From: Candidatus Tayloriibacteriota bacterium
Lineage (GTDB): Bacteria; Patescibacteriota; Minisyncoccia; Phycocordibacterales; UBA6065
Assembly: GCA_016215405.1 (NCBI GenBank)
Contig: JACRJQ010000002.1
Location: 59,597 to 123,596 of the forward strand
Direction of reading: 5' to 3'
Length of the DNA stretch: 64,000 nucleotides
Each line of letters starts with the position of its first letter. Positions within the stretch are counted from its first letter, which is position 1. The position numbers and the translations under genes were made by a program. The notes below the pieces were generated by a model, which had not been told where the DNA came from, did not search any database, and saw nothing but the letters and a program-made list of their open reading frames with translations. This document shows, in pieces, positions 9,461 through 19,917 of this stretch.

Positions 9461-10543
9461 CTACAACCCCTCTTTCCTGAGCTCCTCGATCTTCTTCCTC
9501 GCCTCCTTGGAGAGCTTGCGCGGCATATCGATATGGACGACGACGAGTATGTCGCCGCGATGAGACTTCGACGCTGGGACGCCTCTGCCTTTGACCCGCA
9601 GCACCTCGCCCTCGCTCGTGCCCTCGGGGATCTTGAGAGATATGTCTCCGTCGAGGGTTTTGAGCGCGTATTCGGTGCCGAGGAGAGCATCGGTGAGCTT
9701 TACCGAGACCTCAGTCACGAGGTTGTGCCCCTCCTTGCGCCAGATCGCGTGCTTTTTGACGTGCACCCTTATATAGAGGTCGCCCGCCTCTCCGCCCGAG
9801 ATCGCCTCGCCGGCGCCAGTAAGCCGCACCATCTCGCCTTGATCTATGCCCGGCGGGACCTTGACCTTTATCTCCTGATTTTTCTTGTGTATGCCCGAGC
9901 CGCGACAGACAGGACACTTCTCCTCAGGCTCTTTACCCGAGCCGCGACAGGTCGAGCAGGTACGGGTCGTCTGGAACGCGCCGAGGATCGAGCGCTTTAT
10001 CTCGGTCACCCTGCCCTGACCGTTGCAGGTCGAGCAGGTCTTCATCTTGGCACCCTTCTTCGCTCCCGAGCCGGAGCATTCCGAGCATGTCGAGGCTTTG
10101 TTGAGCGTGAGGGTCTTCTCGACGCCGAAGATCGATTCCTCGAATGTCAGGTCGATGTCAACCTGTATGTCAGAGCCGCGCGCCGGCCTGCGCGAGCGTC
10201 CGCCGCCGAAGATATCTCCGAACACGTCACCGAGGTCGAACTCAACGCCGCCTTGCCCGAAGCCTCCTTGCTGGAACCCAGAAAAGTCAAAGCCGCCGAA
10301 ATCGTTCGGATTGAATCCTGCTCCTCCCATGCCAGGGCCGGCAGAGCCGAATTGGTCGTACTGAGCGCGCTTCTTCTCGTCGCCGAGGACGGAGTACGCT
10401 TCGTTCGCCTCCTTAAATTTCGCGTCGTTGCCCCCTTGCTTGTCCGGATGATGCTCGTGGGCGAGCTTTCGGAACGCCTTCTTTATCTCGTCTTGCGACG
10501 CGCCTTTATCGACTCCGAGTATCTTGTAATAGTCTTTTCCCAT
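9461..10543 (-). CDS. dnaJ: chaperone DnaJ
   Basis: J-domain with HPD (YYKILGV...HEHHPDK), a G/F-rich region, and four CxxCxGxG zinc-finger repeats. Confidence 0.95.
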   Translation of the reverse strand: MGKDYYKILGVDKGASQDEIKKAFRKLAHEHHPDKQGGNDAKFKEANEAYSVLGDEKKRAQYDQFGSAGPGMGGAGFNPNDFGGFDFSGFQQGGFGQGGVEFDLGDVFGDIFGGGRSRRPARGSDIQVDIDLTFEESIFGVEKTLTLNKASTCSECSGSGAKKGAKMKTCSTCNGQGRVTEIKRSILGAFQTTRTCSTCRGSGKEPEEKCPVCRGSGIHKKNQEIKVKVPPGIDQGEMVRLTGAGEAISGGEAGDLYIRVHVKKHAIWRKEGHNLVTEVSVKLTDALLGTEYALKTLDGDISLKIPEGTSEGEVLRVKGRGVPASKSHRGDILVVVHIDMPRKLSKEARKKIEELRKEGL

Positions 10544-10545
10544 AC

Positions 10546-10573
10546 TTGACTTTTGCTATTATTATGCTATACT
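10546..10573 (+). promoter_or_regulatory. sigma-70-like promoter TTGACT-N16-TATACT
   Basis: cTTGACTtttgctattattatgcTATACT sits just upstream of the small plus-strand ORF. Confidence 0.4.
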
Positions 10574-10649
10574 ATACATAGGACTTTAACAAGGGATTGG
10601 CTCCAAAGGAAGCCGCGGTGTTCCCTAACAACTACACCTGACAATCAGC

Positions 10650-10868
10650 ATGAACCTTAAAAAACGTTTCGAATCCCTTAAAGGGAAGCTCGTCTCTGTC
10701 TCCTACGGTAAGGGGGACTACGTCGAGGCTCGCGTAAACGAGATCGGCGATGACCACGTCGTCATCGGCCGACGCATCGTGACGTTCACATCTATCGAAT
10801 CGGTTGTCGATATCTCTCCGGAGAATCAACCATCGTTCTGGACGTGGCTCCGACGCATGTTCGCGTAA
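10650..10868 (+). CDS. small hypothetical protein (72 aa), independently transcribed between dnaK and dnaJ
   Basis: Codon usage matches the host; it has its own promoter (10546-10573) and a strong nested terminator (10885-10946); the sequence suggests a small beta-rich fold. Confidence 0.45.
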   Translation: MNLKKRFESLKGKLVSVSYGKGDYVEARVNEIGDDHVVIGRRIVTFTSIESVVDISPENQPSFWTWLRRMFA

Positions 10869-10884
10869 GCGAGCACTCGACCAA

Positions 10885-10946
10885 GCAGACACCCTACTCT
10901 TCACGATCCTCCTGGATCATGAAGAGGCTGGCTGTCTGCTTTTTTC
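10885..10946 (+). terminator. long nested hairpin terminator
   Basis: GCAGACA...CTCTTCA-cGATCCtcctGGATCa-TGAAGAG...TGTCTGC followed by TTTTTT. Confidence 0.55.
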
Positions 10947-11041
10947 GTATCCAAGCTCTCTCTTTTACGTCTTTCCGGCCCGCGAGCCGGAATCCAAGAT
11001 CATTTGGTTCCCGGATCGAGTCTGGGAAGACAGAGAGGATA

Positions 11042-12928
11042 TTACTTCTTCTCCGTGTATTCCGCGTCTTTGACGTTGCCGTCCTTGCCGTCGTCCTTCT
11101 TTCCTTCTTCCTTAGGCGCTTCCTGTTGGGCCTTCATCATCGCCTCGCCTATCTTCTGCATAGACGACGAAAGGGCTTCGGAGGCCTTCTTTATAGCTTC
11201 GACGTCAGAGCCGTCTTTGACCTTCCTGAGGTCGGCGACCTTCGCCTCTACATCCGATTTCACATCGGCTGGAACCTTGTCGCCGGCGTCCTTAACCGAC
11301 TTCTCGGCAGTATAGATCATCTGCTCGGCGATATTCTTCGCCTCTGCCTCGGCGCGCTTCTTCTCGTCCTCGGCCGCGTTCATCTCTGCATCCTTCTTCA
11401 TGCGCTCGATGTCCTCTTTCGTGAGGCCAGACGAGCCTTGGATCTTTATCGACTGCTCTTTACCGGTCGACTTCTCCTTCGCCTTTACGTGGAGTATCCC
11501 GTTCGCGTCGATGTCGAAGGTGACCTCGACCTGCGGGACGCCGCGAGGGGCCGGCGGAATGCCGTCGAGGATGAACCTGCCGAGCGATTTGTTGTCGCGG
11601 GCCATCGCTCGATCGCCTTGGACGACATGGATCTCTACCGATGTCTGATTATCTGCCGCGGTCGAGAATATCTGGGACTTCGACGCAGGGATGGTCGTGT
11701 TCTTCTCGATGAGCTTGGTCGCGACGCCGCCCATGGTCTCGATGCCGAACGAGAGCGGGATGACGTCGAGGAGGAGCACGTCTTTGACATCGCCTTTGAG
11801 TACGCCGCCCTGGATGGCCGCGCCGATAGCGACGACCTCGTCAGGGTTAACGCCCATGTGAGGCTTCTTCTTAAAGAAGTCTTCTACGGCCTTCTGCATC
11901 GCGGGCATACGGGTCTGTCCGCCGACGAGGACGACCTCGTTGATGTCGCCCACCTTGAACGGAGAGGCCTCCATGGCGCGCCTGGTTATCTCCATAGCGC
12001 GATCGATGAACTCGCGAGTGAGCTCCTCGAGCTTGGCGCGAGTCATCTTCTTTACGAGGTGAAGCGGGCCGTCGGAGCCGACCGAGATGAACGGGATGTT
12101 TATCTCCGTCTCTACCGCTGTCGAAAGCTCGATCTTCGCCTTCTCGGCCGCATCGTCGAGGCGCTGCTTCGCGAGCGCGTCCTTCCTGAGGTCTACGCCA
12201 TTCTCCTTCTGGAATTCCTCGGCAAGCCAGTTGATGATCTTTTGGTCGATGTCCTTGCCGCCGAGATGGGCGTCGCCGTCCGTCGAACGGACCTCGACGA
12301 CCCCCTCGCCTACTTCGAGGACAGAGATGTCGAACGTTCCGCCTCCGAAGTCGAAGACGGCTATCTTTTCGTCCTTCTGTTTGTTAAAGCCGTACGCGAG
12401 AGCTGCCGCGGTCGGCTCGTTGATTATCCTTTTGACGTCGAGGCCGGCGATCTTGCCCGCATCCTTGGTGGCCTGTCGCTGCGAGTCGTTAAAGTACGCA
12501 GGCACGGTGATGACCGCCTCCGTGACAGGCTCTCCGAGGCGCGCCTCAGCGTCGGCCTTTATCTTGGCGAGTATCATGGCCGAGACCTCCTCCGGTCTGT
12601 ACCACTTATCTCCCATCTTTACCTCGACGCCGCCGTTCTCCGACTTCCTGGTCTCGAACGGAACGGCCTTCGCGTCTTTTTGAACCGAAGATTCTTCGAA
12701 ATTGTGGCCGATGAATCGCTTGATCTGGAATATGGTATTCCTCGGATTTGTTACCGACTGCCTCTTTGCGACGACGCCCACGACGCGCTCCTTCGTCTTT
12801 GTCTCTGCGACGATGGACGGAGTGGTGCGCATCCCTTCGGCGTTCTCGAGTATCTTCGGCTCGCCGCCTTCCATAACGGCGACGGCCGAGTTGGTGGTAC
12901 CGAGATCGATACCTATTATCTTTGACAT
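11042..12928 (-). CDS. dnaK: chaperone DnaK (Hsp70)
   Basis: 628 aa; [18 protein letters not shown] and other Hsp70 signatures. Confidence 0.97.
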   Translation of the reverse strand: MSKIIGIDLGTTNSAVAVMEGGEPKILENAEGMRTTPSIVAETKTKERVVGVVAKRQSVTNPRNTIFQIKRFIGHNFEESSVQKDAKAVPFETRKSENGGVEVKMGDKWYRPEEVSAMILAKIKADAEARLGEPVTEAVITVPAYFNDSQRQATKDAGKIAGLDVKRIINEPTAAALAYGFNKQKDEKIAVFDFGGGTFDISVLEVGEGVVEVRSTDGDAHLGGKDIDQKIINWLAEEFQKENGVDLRKDALAKQRLDDAAEKAKIELSTAVETEINIPFISVGSDGPLHLVKKMTRAKLEELTREFIDRAMEITRRAMEASPFKVGDINEVVLVGGQTRMPAMQKAVEDFFKKKPHMGVNPDEVVAIGAAIQGGVLKGDVKDVLLLDVIPLSFGIETMGGVATKLIEKNTTIPASKSQIFSTAADNQTSVEIHVVQGDRAMARDNKSLGRFILDGIPPAPRGVPQVEVTFDIDANGILHVKAKEKSTGKEQSIKIQGSSGLTKEDIERMKKDAEMNAAEDEKKRAEAEAKNIAEQMIYTAEKSVKDAGDKVPADVKSDVEAKVADLRKVKDGSDVEAIKKASEALSSSMQKIGEAMMKAQQEAPKEEGKKDDGKDGNVKDAEYTEKK

Positions 12929-12963
12929 GTAGTTAGAACGTTAGCTAAAGCTTGTAAAAGGCT

Positions 12964-13266
12964 TTAGGCGACGTTCGGGGCGCGAGCAGGTTGGCTTACG
13001 AGAAAGCACAGAGTAGATATGTAGGGCGCCACGTAGGCCAAAAATACGGCCTGGAGAGTCAAAAGAGGTTCGGCCCTGAATGCCTCTGGAAGGGCCAAAA
13101 CGGCCTCTTCGGGCGCTGTTCGAGCCTCTATCGGCCTCGTACCGAGGAACTTAACCTCGACGGCGCCCTCGATATTGATGAGCGCGAAGAACGCCAAAGC
13201 AGCCTCTCCGTTCCAGAGGGCGACCTTTCTAGTCGCTATGCGTATCTGAGGCTGCTTTATGAGCAT
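12964..13266 (-). CDS. hypothetical protein (100 aa) between grpE and dnaK
   Basis: The ORF exactly fills the 353-bp grpE-dnaK spacer; there is no similarity I can name, and it could be a spurious GC-rich ORF. Confidence 0.3.
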   Translation of the reverse strand: MLIKQPQIRIATRKVALWNGEAALAFFALINIEGAVEVKFLGTRPIEARTAPEEAVLALPEAFRAEPLLTLQAVFLAYVAPYISTLCFLVSQPARAPNVA

Positions 13267-13281
13267 ATCGGTAATACGATT

Positions 13282-13923
13282 CTACTTCGATTTTATTTCC
13301 GCGACAACCACCTTAGCGGGCTTTACGAGCTTTCCGCCGAGGGTATAGCCCTTCTCGACGACGGAAAGAACGACATGGTCCTTCGAGGCGTCTTCTACAG
13401 GCTCATATCTGACGGCTTCGTGGAGGTTCGGATCGAATTTCTTGCCCGTCGGATCGACCTCTGCGAGACCATTCTGCTCGAGCGTGCCCTTAAGCTGGCC
13501 GTAGATATATTCGACGCCGGCGCGCCAGTTCTTGTCAGCCTTCTCCCACGCCTCCTTGTTCGAGAACGCCATCTGGAAGCTCTGGAGCACGGGCAAGAGC
13601 TCTTCGATGAGGCCCTCGTTCGCGATCTTTCGATACTCGGAGATGGATTCCTCCCAGCGCTTTTTCGCGTTCGCGAAATCCGCCTTCATCCTCTGCCAGC
13701 CGTCGAGGTACTCTTGCTTTTCCTTTAATGCGACGTCGAGCCTCTCGCGCAGCCTCTTAAAGGCCTCCGGCGATAGGTCACGCGTCTCTTCGGTCCCGTC
13801 GGCGATGACGTCAGAGGCCTCTTCTGCTTCCGCTTTTATCTTCTTCTTGGGTTCGAATTCTGACGAGTCTATCGTCACATCGTCCTTGTTCTCCTCGTGT
13901 TTTCTAGTCATATCGGTTTTCAT
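13282..13923 (-). CDS. grpE: nucleotide exchange factor GrpE
   Basis: 213 aa; an acidic N-terminus, a long paired helix and a C-terminal beta domain, as in GrpE. Confidence 0.9.
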   Translation of the reverse strand: MKTDMTRKHEENKDDVTIDSSEFEPKKKIKAEAEEASDVIADGTEETRDLSPEAFKRLRERLDVALKEKQEYLDGWQRMKADFANAKKRWEESISEYRKIANEGLIEELLPVLQSFQMAFSNKEAWEKADKNWRAGVEYIYGQLKGTLEQNGLAEVDPTGKKFDPNLHEAVRYEPVEDASKDHVVLSVVEKGYTLGGKLVKPAKVVVAEIKSK

Positions 13924-13957
13924 ATCTTAGCACCCATAACGGCTTTAAACGTTTGAC

Positions 13958-13986
13958 ATTTTAAGAAAAGAAGGTTTTGGTGTCAA
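13958..13986 (-). promoter_or_regulatory. consensus sigma-70 promoter TTGACA-N17-TAAAAT upstream of grpE
   Basis: Minus strand reads ATTGACAccaaaaccttcttttctTAAAATgtc, about 35 nt before the grpE ATG; on the top strand the -35 is part of an inverted repeat TTGACA...TGTCAA. Confidence 0.5.
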
Positions 13987-14217
13987 TATTATTTAGTCCT
14001 TTCCTTTGTCGGGCACTTTCTGAGAAACTATCGCTTGCTCCAAGGTCTTCGACCACTTCCAACGCTCCGCTCTTTGGAAACTTCGGATTTTTCGCTTGGT
14101 CACAACTCTCACCTCGCCGTCGCTCGGTTCGGTCGCGACCCCGCCTCGCAATTGCTCGAAGCTCGCAATATAGCTCCGGCCGTCAAAACGATAAGCGCCC
14201 TGTTCGGGCGCTTTTGA

Positions 14218-14625
14218 TTATCGTTTTGACCACTGTGGCGACTTCCTTGCCTTCTTGAGACCGAACTTTCGGCGCTCCTTTGCTCGAGGGTCTCGCTTGA
14301 GCATCCCTGCCTTCTTGAGCTTCTTCCTGAGCTCCTTATCGTAGTCGAGGAGAGATCGGGAAATGCCGTGGCGGAGAGCCTCTGCCTGAGAATGGATGCC
14401 GCCTCCAGTAAGGATCGCGGTGACCTTGAACTTCTGGGCGAGCTTTGTCTCGGCGAATGGCGATTCGACGATAGTCTGCATCTCCTGGGTGACGAAATAC
14501 GAGGCGAGATCCTTCTCGTTTATCTCGAAGGACTGCTTTGCGGCAGGCGTGATGCGCACGCGAGCGATAGCGGTCTTGCGTCGGCCGACGGCTTCGAAGT
14601 ATCTGGTTTTCTCTACGGTAGTCAT
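14218..14625 (-). CDS. rpsI: 30S ribosomal protein S9
   Basis: GRRKTAIARVRI...PQWSKR. Confidence 0.95.
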   Translation of the reverse strand: MTTVEKTRYFEAVGRRKTAIARVRITPAAKQSFEINEKDLASYFVTQEMQTIVESPFAETKLAQKFKVTAILTGGGIHSQAEALRHGISRSLLDYDKELRKKLKKAGMLKRDPRAKERRKFGLKKARKSPQWSKR

Positions 14626-14635
14626 ATATTAAAGC

Positions 14636-14986
14636 TTATTCTGTTACGACCAAGTTCTTGAGCATCTTCGCCTGAAGCTTGTTCTTCGGGAGCATGCCCT
14701 TTACCGCGATCTTGAACGCCTCGCCATAGCCCTTCTTCTCGATCATGCGCTTGAGGGTCGTGTCGATGAGGCCGCCTGGATATCCGGTATAGCGTCTGTA
14801 TACCTTCTCGTCCTTCTTTTTTTCCGAGACGTCAGCTTTGGAAGCGTTTATGATGCGCACCTCGACGTCGGCGACGACGTTAGGCTGGTATGCAGGGGTG
14901 TTCTTGCCCATGAGGACCTTCGCCGCCTCAGTGGCGACTCGTCCTATCTTCTTTGCCTGCGCGTCTATGGTGTGGGTGGTTCTCAT
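14636..14986 (-). CDS. rplM: 50S ribosomal protein L13
   Basis: 116 aa with L13 signatures. Confidence 0.93.
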   Translation of the reverse strand: MRTTHTIDAQAKKIGRVATEAAKVLMGKNTPAYQPNVVADVEVRIINASKADVSEKKKDEKVYRRYTGYPGGLIDTTLKRMIEKKGYGEAFKIAVKGMLPKNKLQAKMLKNLVVTE

Positions 14987-14997
14987 GGCGATGATTC

Positions 14998-15351
14998 TTA
15001 TTTGACGAACTGGATATGAGCCATCTTGGCGCCATCGGACTTCCTGAGAGGAAGCTTTATGACGCGGGTATAGCCGCCCTTTCGGTCCTTGTGGAGGGGC
15101 GCGATGACCTCGACGAGCTTCTTTACCGCCTTAGCGTCGCCGATCTCCGAAGAGAGGATCCTGCGAGCCGCGAGAGTGCCCGACTTCGCCTTCGTCACCA
15201 TAGGCTCGACGAACATCCGAAGCTCTTTTGCCTTCGCTTCGGTGGTGGTGATGCCCTCGTGGAGGACAAGCGAGCGCACCAAAGATCGGACGAGCGCGCT
15301 GCGCTGGCCCTTCTCCCTGCCGAATACCCTGAATTTCTCGTGCTTTCTCAT
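14998..15351 (-). CDS. rplQ: 50S ribosomal protein L17
   Basis: 117 aa, lies immediately downstream of rpoA. Confidence 0.93.
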   Translation of the reverse strand: MRKHEKFRVFGREKGQRSALVRSLVRSLVLHEGITTTEAKAKELRMFVEPMVTKAKSGTLAARRILSSEIGDAKAVKKLVEVIAPLHKDRKGGYTRVIKLPLRKSDGAKMAHIQFVK

Positions 15352-15400
15352 TGTAGCGTTGGATGCCTAGATTAACTTTTTCGAAACGAAATGTAAAGAC

Positions 15401-16363
15401 TTACTTGAGCGTTATGCCGAATTCCGAGAGGGCCTTCTTTATCTCCTGGATGCCTTTCGGTCCGAGGCCCTCGATGTTCTCGATGTCCATCTCCTTCTTT
15501 CGGACGAGCCCGCCGACGGTTCGGATGTTCGCGTTCGCGAGAGCGTTAGTGGTCCTCTGGGACATGCCGAGGGTCTCGATCCTCGTCTTGAGGAACTCGG
15601 TGTCGAGCTCCTTCTTTGGAGCCGACGACGCCTCTGCGCGCACCTCTTCCTTAGCAGGGATGATCTCCTCTTCCTTGAATCCTACGATCGCCTTGAGCTG
15701 GTTGATCATGATAGAGATCGACCTCTCGAGGGCCTCGTGCGGGGTGACGGTGCCGTCGGTCTCTATAGAGATCTTGAGGCGGTTGAAGTCCGTCCTGTCG
15801 CCCACTCGCATGTTCTCTACCTCGTAATTCACTCGGCGGATAGGAGTGAACGTCGCGTCGAGAGAGATGGTGCCGATGTCGACGCGGTCCTTCTGGAGGA
15901 CATCCTTCGAAACGTATCCAAGGCCGCGAGCGACCGTGATCTCCATGTCGAGCTCTGCGTTCTTGTCGGTAAGGGAGGCGATATGGAGGTCCGAGTTGAG
16001 GATCTCGATCTGGCCCGGAGCCTTTATGTCGGCGGCGGTGATATCCTTTACGCCCTTTACCTTTACAGAAAGGACCTGAGGCTCGTCGGTCGACATCTTG
16101 ATCCTGAGGCGCTTGAGGTTAAGAAGGATCGTGATGACGTCCTCCTTTACGCCGGAGATGGTCGAGAACTCGTGCGACACGCCTGCGATCTTCACGTGGG
16201 TGACCGCAGTGCCGGGAAGCGACGAGAGGATGATGCGTCGGAGCGAGTTTCCGAGGGTGTGGCCGTAGCCCGGATAGAGGCCATCTATCTCGTATACGCC
16301 TGAAGAATCCTTCTCGAGGACGATCTTCGGCTTGGACGGGAGTACTACGTTGATATCGCTCAT
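15401..16363 (-). CDS. rpoA: DNA-directed RNA polymerase subunit alpha
   Basis: 320 aa with an N-terminal dimerisation domain and a C-terminal HhH domain. Confidence 0.95.
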   Translation of the reverse strand: MSDINVVLPSKPKIVLEKDSSGVYEIDGLYPGYGHTLGNSLRRIILSSLPGTAVTHVKIAGVSHEFSTISGVKEDVITILLNLKRLRIKMSTDEPQVLSVKVKGVKDITAADIKAPGQIEILNSDLHIASLTDKNAELDMEITVARGLGYVSKDVLQKDRVDIGTISLDATFTPIRRVNYEVENMRVGDRTDFNRLKISIETDGTVTPHEALERSISIMINQLKAIVGFKEEEIIPAKEEVRAEASSAPKKELDTEFLKTRIETLGMSQRTTNALANANIRTVGGLVRKKEMDIENIEGLGPKGIQEIKKALSEFGITLK

Positions 16364-16410
16364 GTTTTTTATCTTAAAATTCTTAACCCTCTTAAACCCC
16401 TAATAATCGA

Positions 16411-17016
16411 TTATCGGCTGTAGAACTCGATCACCTGGCCAAGATTGAAAAGATGCTCTGTAGGATTATGCTTCGGCATGCCCTGGACCCCTGCGACCTT
16501 CTTGTCCGCGTCGTAGGAGAGCCACGAAGGAAGCGCGACTTTCTTCGCCTTCTCGTCGAACTCCTTGAAGAGAGGCTTCTTCTGGCTCGCGTTGCGGACG
16601 GTTATCTTGTCGCCCATAGATACGGTGAGAGAAGGAACGTTCGTCCTCTTTCCGTTCACGAGGATATGGCCGTGGGACACCATCTGTCGAGCGGCCTGGC
16701 GGGTCGGAGCCCAGCCGAGGCGGTACACGACGTTGTCGAGCCTCGTTTCGAGCCTCTCGAAGAGGGCCTGGACGGTGTTCACGCCCTTCTTCTCTACGGA
16801 TTCCTTTACGTACTTCTTGAACTGCCTCTCGAGGATGCCGTAGGTGTATCGGACCTTCTGCTTCTCGAGCACGGCCAAGGCGTAGTCGCCTTTAGGGCGA
16901 TAGGATCCCTTGACTCCCTTTCGCTCCTGCCTGAGGGCGAACTTCTGGGTCTGAGTCTTCTCGAAGATGTTCGCGCCGAGGCGGCGGGCTATCTTATATT
17001 TTGGTCCGATTTTCAT
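16411..17016 (-). CDS. rpsD: 30S ribosomal protein S4
   Basis: 201 aa with S4 signatures. Confidence 0.95.
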   Translation of the reverse strand: MKIGPKYKIARRLGANIFEKTQTQKFALRQERKGVKGSYRPKGDYALAVLEKQKVRYTYGILERQFKKYVKESVEKKGVNTVQALFERLETRLDNVVYRLGWAPTRQAARQMVSHGHILVNGKRTNVPSLTVSMGDKITVRNASQKKPLFKEFDEKAKKVALPSWLSYDADKKVAGVQGMPKHNPTEHLFNLGQVIEFYSR

Positions 17017-17040
17017 GATAAAAGAATGATATTAAATGCC

Positions 17041-17472
17041 TTATACGCGTCGAGGCTTCTTCGCTCGAGGGCCGTTGAACGGCACCGGAGTGACGTCCTT
17101 GACGGAAGAAAGGCTGATGCCCTTCGTGATGAAGCTCCTTACCGCTGACTCGCGGCCCGAACCCACTCCCTTGATGACGGCCGCTACCTCCTTTACCCCC
17201 ATAAGCTTCGCCTTTTCCGCGAGAACCTCGCCGACCTTGGCAGCTGCGAAAGGAGTCCCCTTTTTCGCGCCCTTGAAGCCGAGAGCGCCTGCGGATGAAG
17301 CCGCGAGAGCGTTCCCCTTCGTATCGGTAAGGAGGCACATGGTGTTGTTGTACGTCGACTGTACGTAGAGGATGCCTGCGTCGACCTTCCTCTTTGGCGC
17401 CTTCGCTACGGCCTCCTTCTTGGGAGCGTCCGCGACTTTCTTATCCTCTACTTTCTTCTTTGCTTCTGCCAT
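17041..17472 (-). CDS. rpsK: 30S ribosomal protein S11
   Basis: 143 aa; the highly conserved S11 core is present. Confidence 0.95.
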   Translation of the reverse strand: MAEAKKKVEDKKVADAPKKEAVAKAPKRKVDAGILYVQSTYNNTMCLLTDTKGNALAASSAGALGFKGAKKGTPFAAAKVGEVLAEKAKLMGVKEVAAVIKGVGSGRESAVRSFITKGISLSSVKDVTPVPFNGPRAKKPRRV

Positions 17473-17498
17473 GTGAATGTGGGGTTTCTGTTAAGTGA

Positions 17499-17879
17499 TT
17501 ATTTCTTGTCGGCAACCTTTCGTCCGGTGCCCATGGTCTTTCGGACGTTTCCTCGGCGAGTTCGAGAGTTGGTCTTCGTCCTCTGGCCGTTCACGGGAAG
17601 GCTTCGGGCATGGCGCACACCGCGATATGCCTTTATGTCTTTGAGGCGCTTCACGTTAGAAGCGACCTCTCGCTTGAGGTCTCCTTCGATCTTGAGGCCT
17701 TCCATCGCCTTCTTGATAGCGTTCTCCTCGTCCGCGGTGACCTCTTTCGCCTTCTTATTGAAATCTACCTTCGCCTCGGCGAGAAGCGCCTTTGCGCGGG
17801 ATCGTCCGATACCATAGAGAGCCGTGAGGGCGATCTCTATGCGCTTTTCGTCTGGAAGGGTGATACCGAGGATTCGCAT
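17499..17879 (-). CDS. rpsM: 30S ribosomal protein S13
   Basis: MRILGITLPDEKRIEIALTALYGIG; the ORF-track start at 17909 adds 10 non-conserved residues and was trimmed. Confidence 0.9.
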   Translation of the reverse strand: MRILGITLPDEKRIEIALTALYGIGRSRAKALLAEAKVDFNKKAKEVTADEENAIKKAMEGLKIEGDLKREVASNVKRLKDIKAYRGVRHARSLPVNGQRTKTNSRTRRGNVRKTMGTGRKVADKK

Positions 17880-17980
17880 GATGAAGGGTTGGTTAAAAAT
17901 GAAAAACAAAACACGAAGGGTTTCGTGTAAGAGTCGTGGATTGCTACTCTAGCATACGTCTAATAATAAGTAAAGCCGAA

Positions 17981-18097
17981 TTAGCCCTGCCTTTGCTTAT
18001 GGCGGGGATTGCCCTTGCAGACGATATACACATAGCCCTTCCTTCGGACCACGATGCACTTCGCGCACTTCTTCTTTACGGATGACTTTACTCTCAT
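17981..18097 (-). CDS. rpmJ: 50S ribosomal protein L36
   Basis: Manual translation gives [38 protein letters not shown] (38 aa) with the C-x2-C...C...H zinc ribbon; it is below the ORF-track size cut-off. Confidence 0.85.
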   Translation of the reverse strand: MRVKSSVKKKCAKCIVVRRKGYVYIVCKGNPRHKQRQG

Positions 18098-18184
18098 TGT
18101 ATTAAGGCTCTAAGCGTTAGGCCCTAGGCGCTTTGCTCATTTCCCTCTCAAAGCCGAGCGCCTAAGGACTATCTTGCTAATCTT

Positions 18185-18397
18185 CTACATTCTCTGGATG
18201 ATCCTCGCCTTGCCCCCGTAGGGCTCAGGCTCGAGGCGTACCTTGTCGCCGACGAGGACTCGGATGCGATTCATCCTCATCTTCCCTGCGAGGTACGATA
18301 GTATCTCGGTGCCATCCTCGAGCTTTACCCTAAAGAACGTGTTGGGCAATGCTTCCGTGACGACGCCGAGAACGCTAATTTTATTTTGATCTGCCAT
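18185..18397 (-). CDS. infA: translation initiation factor IF-1
   Basis: 70 aa with an S1-like fold (GVVTEALPNTFFRVKLEDG). Confidence 0.9.
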   Translation of the reverse strand: MADQNKISVLGVVTEALPNTFFRVKLEDGTEILSYLAGKMRMNRIRVLVGDKVRLEPEPYGGKARIIQRM

Positions 18398-18435
18398 TAG
18401 AACGAGGAAGTCAGTATAAACCGAAGAAGGAGCGA

Positions 18436-18463
18436 AGTCAAACAGGCTCCGAGCGGAGCCTGT
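18436..18463 (-). terminator. hairpin between the 465-aa gene and infA
   Basis: ACAGGCTCC-GAGC-GGAGCCTGT with flanking A- and T-runs. Confidence 0.35.
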
Positions 18464-18469
18464 TTTTCC

Positions 18470-19867
18470 CTATTCGGATCTCTCGATGCTTATCCTGTCC
18501 ACCGATTCCGGGAAGGAGCGCGACCAGAACGGCCTTATGGATATGTCGGCCTTCTCTATCATAGGGAAACCCTGGAGAGCCGCCGGGATATCGGAGCGGG
18601 AAAGTCCTGCGAGAGCGGCCTTAAGCGACGCCTCTTCATAGAGCCACTCGAACTTAGCGTCGCCCGATAGGCTGAAAGAGACGGAATCGGACGAGCCGGG
18701 GTCGAACTCTCCTTTGGGCGCGAAGGCCAGGGCTTCCAGCTCTTTTACCATGATCGGCTCTCCCTCGTATCCCTGGACCCTCGCCTGCGCGAGAGCCTTG
18801 CTTATCTCTCCTTTATCGAAGAGCGCGAACGAGAGTGTGCCTTCCTTTTTGATGAGCACCTCGTTTCCTGAAGCCTCCTCGGGAAGCGTGACGAACGATA
18901 TCGAATAGGCCTTATCGAAGAAGATCTTGTCGGCAGGGACCTCGGAAGCGGCCTTCTTGAGGAGATTCGCCGATACCTCTGCCTCGATGACGCTCTCAGC
19001 CTTCTTGCGGTCCGCCTCGGAGACGATCTTCCGAGTCCCTACGAACCCGCCCGCGAGAGGGGTCTTCGACCTCGCGTAGAAAGAGGAATAGCGCGGATCG
19101 CCTTTGAATCCAGGGATAGTGAAATCCTTGAGCCCGACGTTGTATTTCTCTCCCGCCTCGTCTGCGACGACGGTCGCCTCGACGCTTCCCGGAGTCGTGC
19201 CTTTCTTTCCTGGGACCGTGACTGAATCAGAGATCCTAAAGATGAGCCCTTCGGTCGTCTCGAAGCGGGTGTTCTTTATGAGGCGCTGCGCCGAGGCGTT
19301 GTAGTCGTTATAGATGATGATGGTTCCGGTAGCTTTCTTGCTGACAGCCTCCTCTCCCGTCGCCTTTACGGGAAGCGAGCCTATCTCCTTGAGAGATACG
19401 GATTCGTATGCGAGGCCCGCACCCGATTTTCGCGCGGTAAGGTCGCCAGAGACGCTCGCGGACACGACTCGCGGCGTAAGGGATAGGACGGCGCTGTGGA
19501 AGAGGTTCGAAACGAAGACCGCGAGGATTAGGACCGCCAAGACGCCGAGGGCGATAAGGCCAGCCTTTATCTGTTTCTTTCGCTTGCTCCGCGACGTTCG
19601 GGAGACCTCGAATTCCTCCCTCACGCTTTTGAGGGTCTCGACGCGGGGATCCGCCTCTTCGACGGGCTCAGGCTCCCTTCTGGCCCGGCTGAGGTCCGGG
19701 AGCGGCGAAGATATCCTGACAGGCACGTCGATCTTCTCCTCGGGCTCCTCCTTTACGACGAGATGCTCCTTCTTCGGGAGCGTTCGCTGCCTGCTCTCGG
19801 GCACGGGGACCTTCCTTATGGAGCGGGATCCCTTGGGCACAATGTCTTGCATCGGGTTTCGTGGCAT
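18470..19867 (-). CDS. hypothetical membrane-anchored protein (single TM, large extracytoplasmic domain)
   Basis: 465 aa; a charged N-terminus, a TM helix around residues 100-120, then a long domain with no recognisable motifs. Confidence 0.55.
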   Translation of the reverse strand: MPRNPMQDIVPKGSRSIRKVPVPESRQRTLPKKEHLVVKEEPEEKIDVPVRISSPLPDLSRARREPEPVEEADPRVETLKSVREEFEVSRTSRSKRKKQIKAGLIALGVLAVLILAVFVSNLFHSAVLSLTPRVVSASVSGDLTARKSGAGLAYESVSLKEIGSLPVKATGEEAVSKKATGTIIIYNDYNASAQRLIKNTRFETTEGLIFRISDSVTVPGKKGTTPGSVEATVVADEAGEKYNVGLKDFTIPGFKGDPRYSSFYARSKTPLAGGFVGTRKIVSEADRKKAESVIEAEVSANLLKKAASEVPADKIFFDKAYSISFVTLPEEASGNEVLIKKEGTLSFALFDKGEISKALAQARVQGYEGEPIMVKELEALAFAPKGEFDPGSSDSVSFSLSGDAKFEWLYEEASLKAALAGLSRSDIPAALQGFPMIEKADISIRPFWSRSFPESVDRISIERSE

Positions 19868-19917
19868 ATGTTTCTAAGATTATAGCGCGCAGAGGCGGAG
19901 TAAACAAATTCGCTCCC

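Noticed and set aside
10844-12925. 693-aa plus-strand ORF
   Set aside because: It is exactly antisense to dnaK, which is unambiguous; a typical mirror ORF in GC-rich coding DNA.
13924-14020. CIRCE/HrcA operator upstream of grpE
   Set aside because: There is no TTAGCACTC-N9-GAGTGCTAA inverted repeat; only TTAGCACCC without a partner, and no hrcA in the window.
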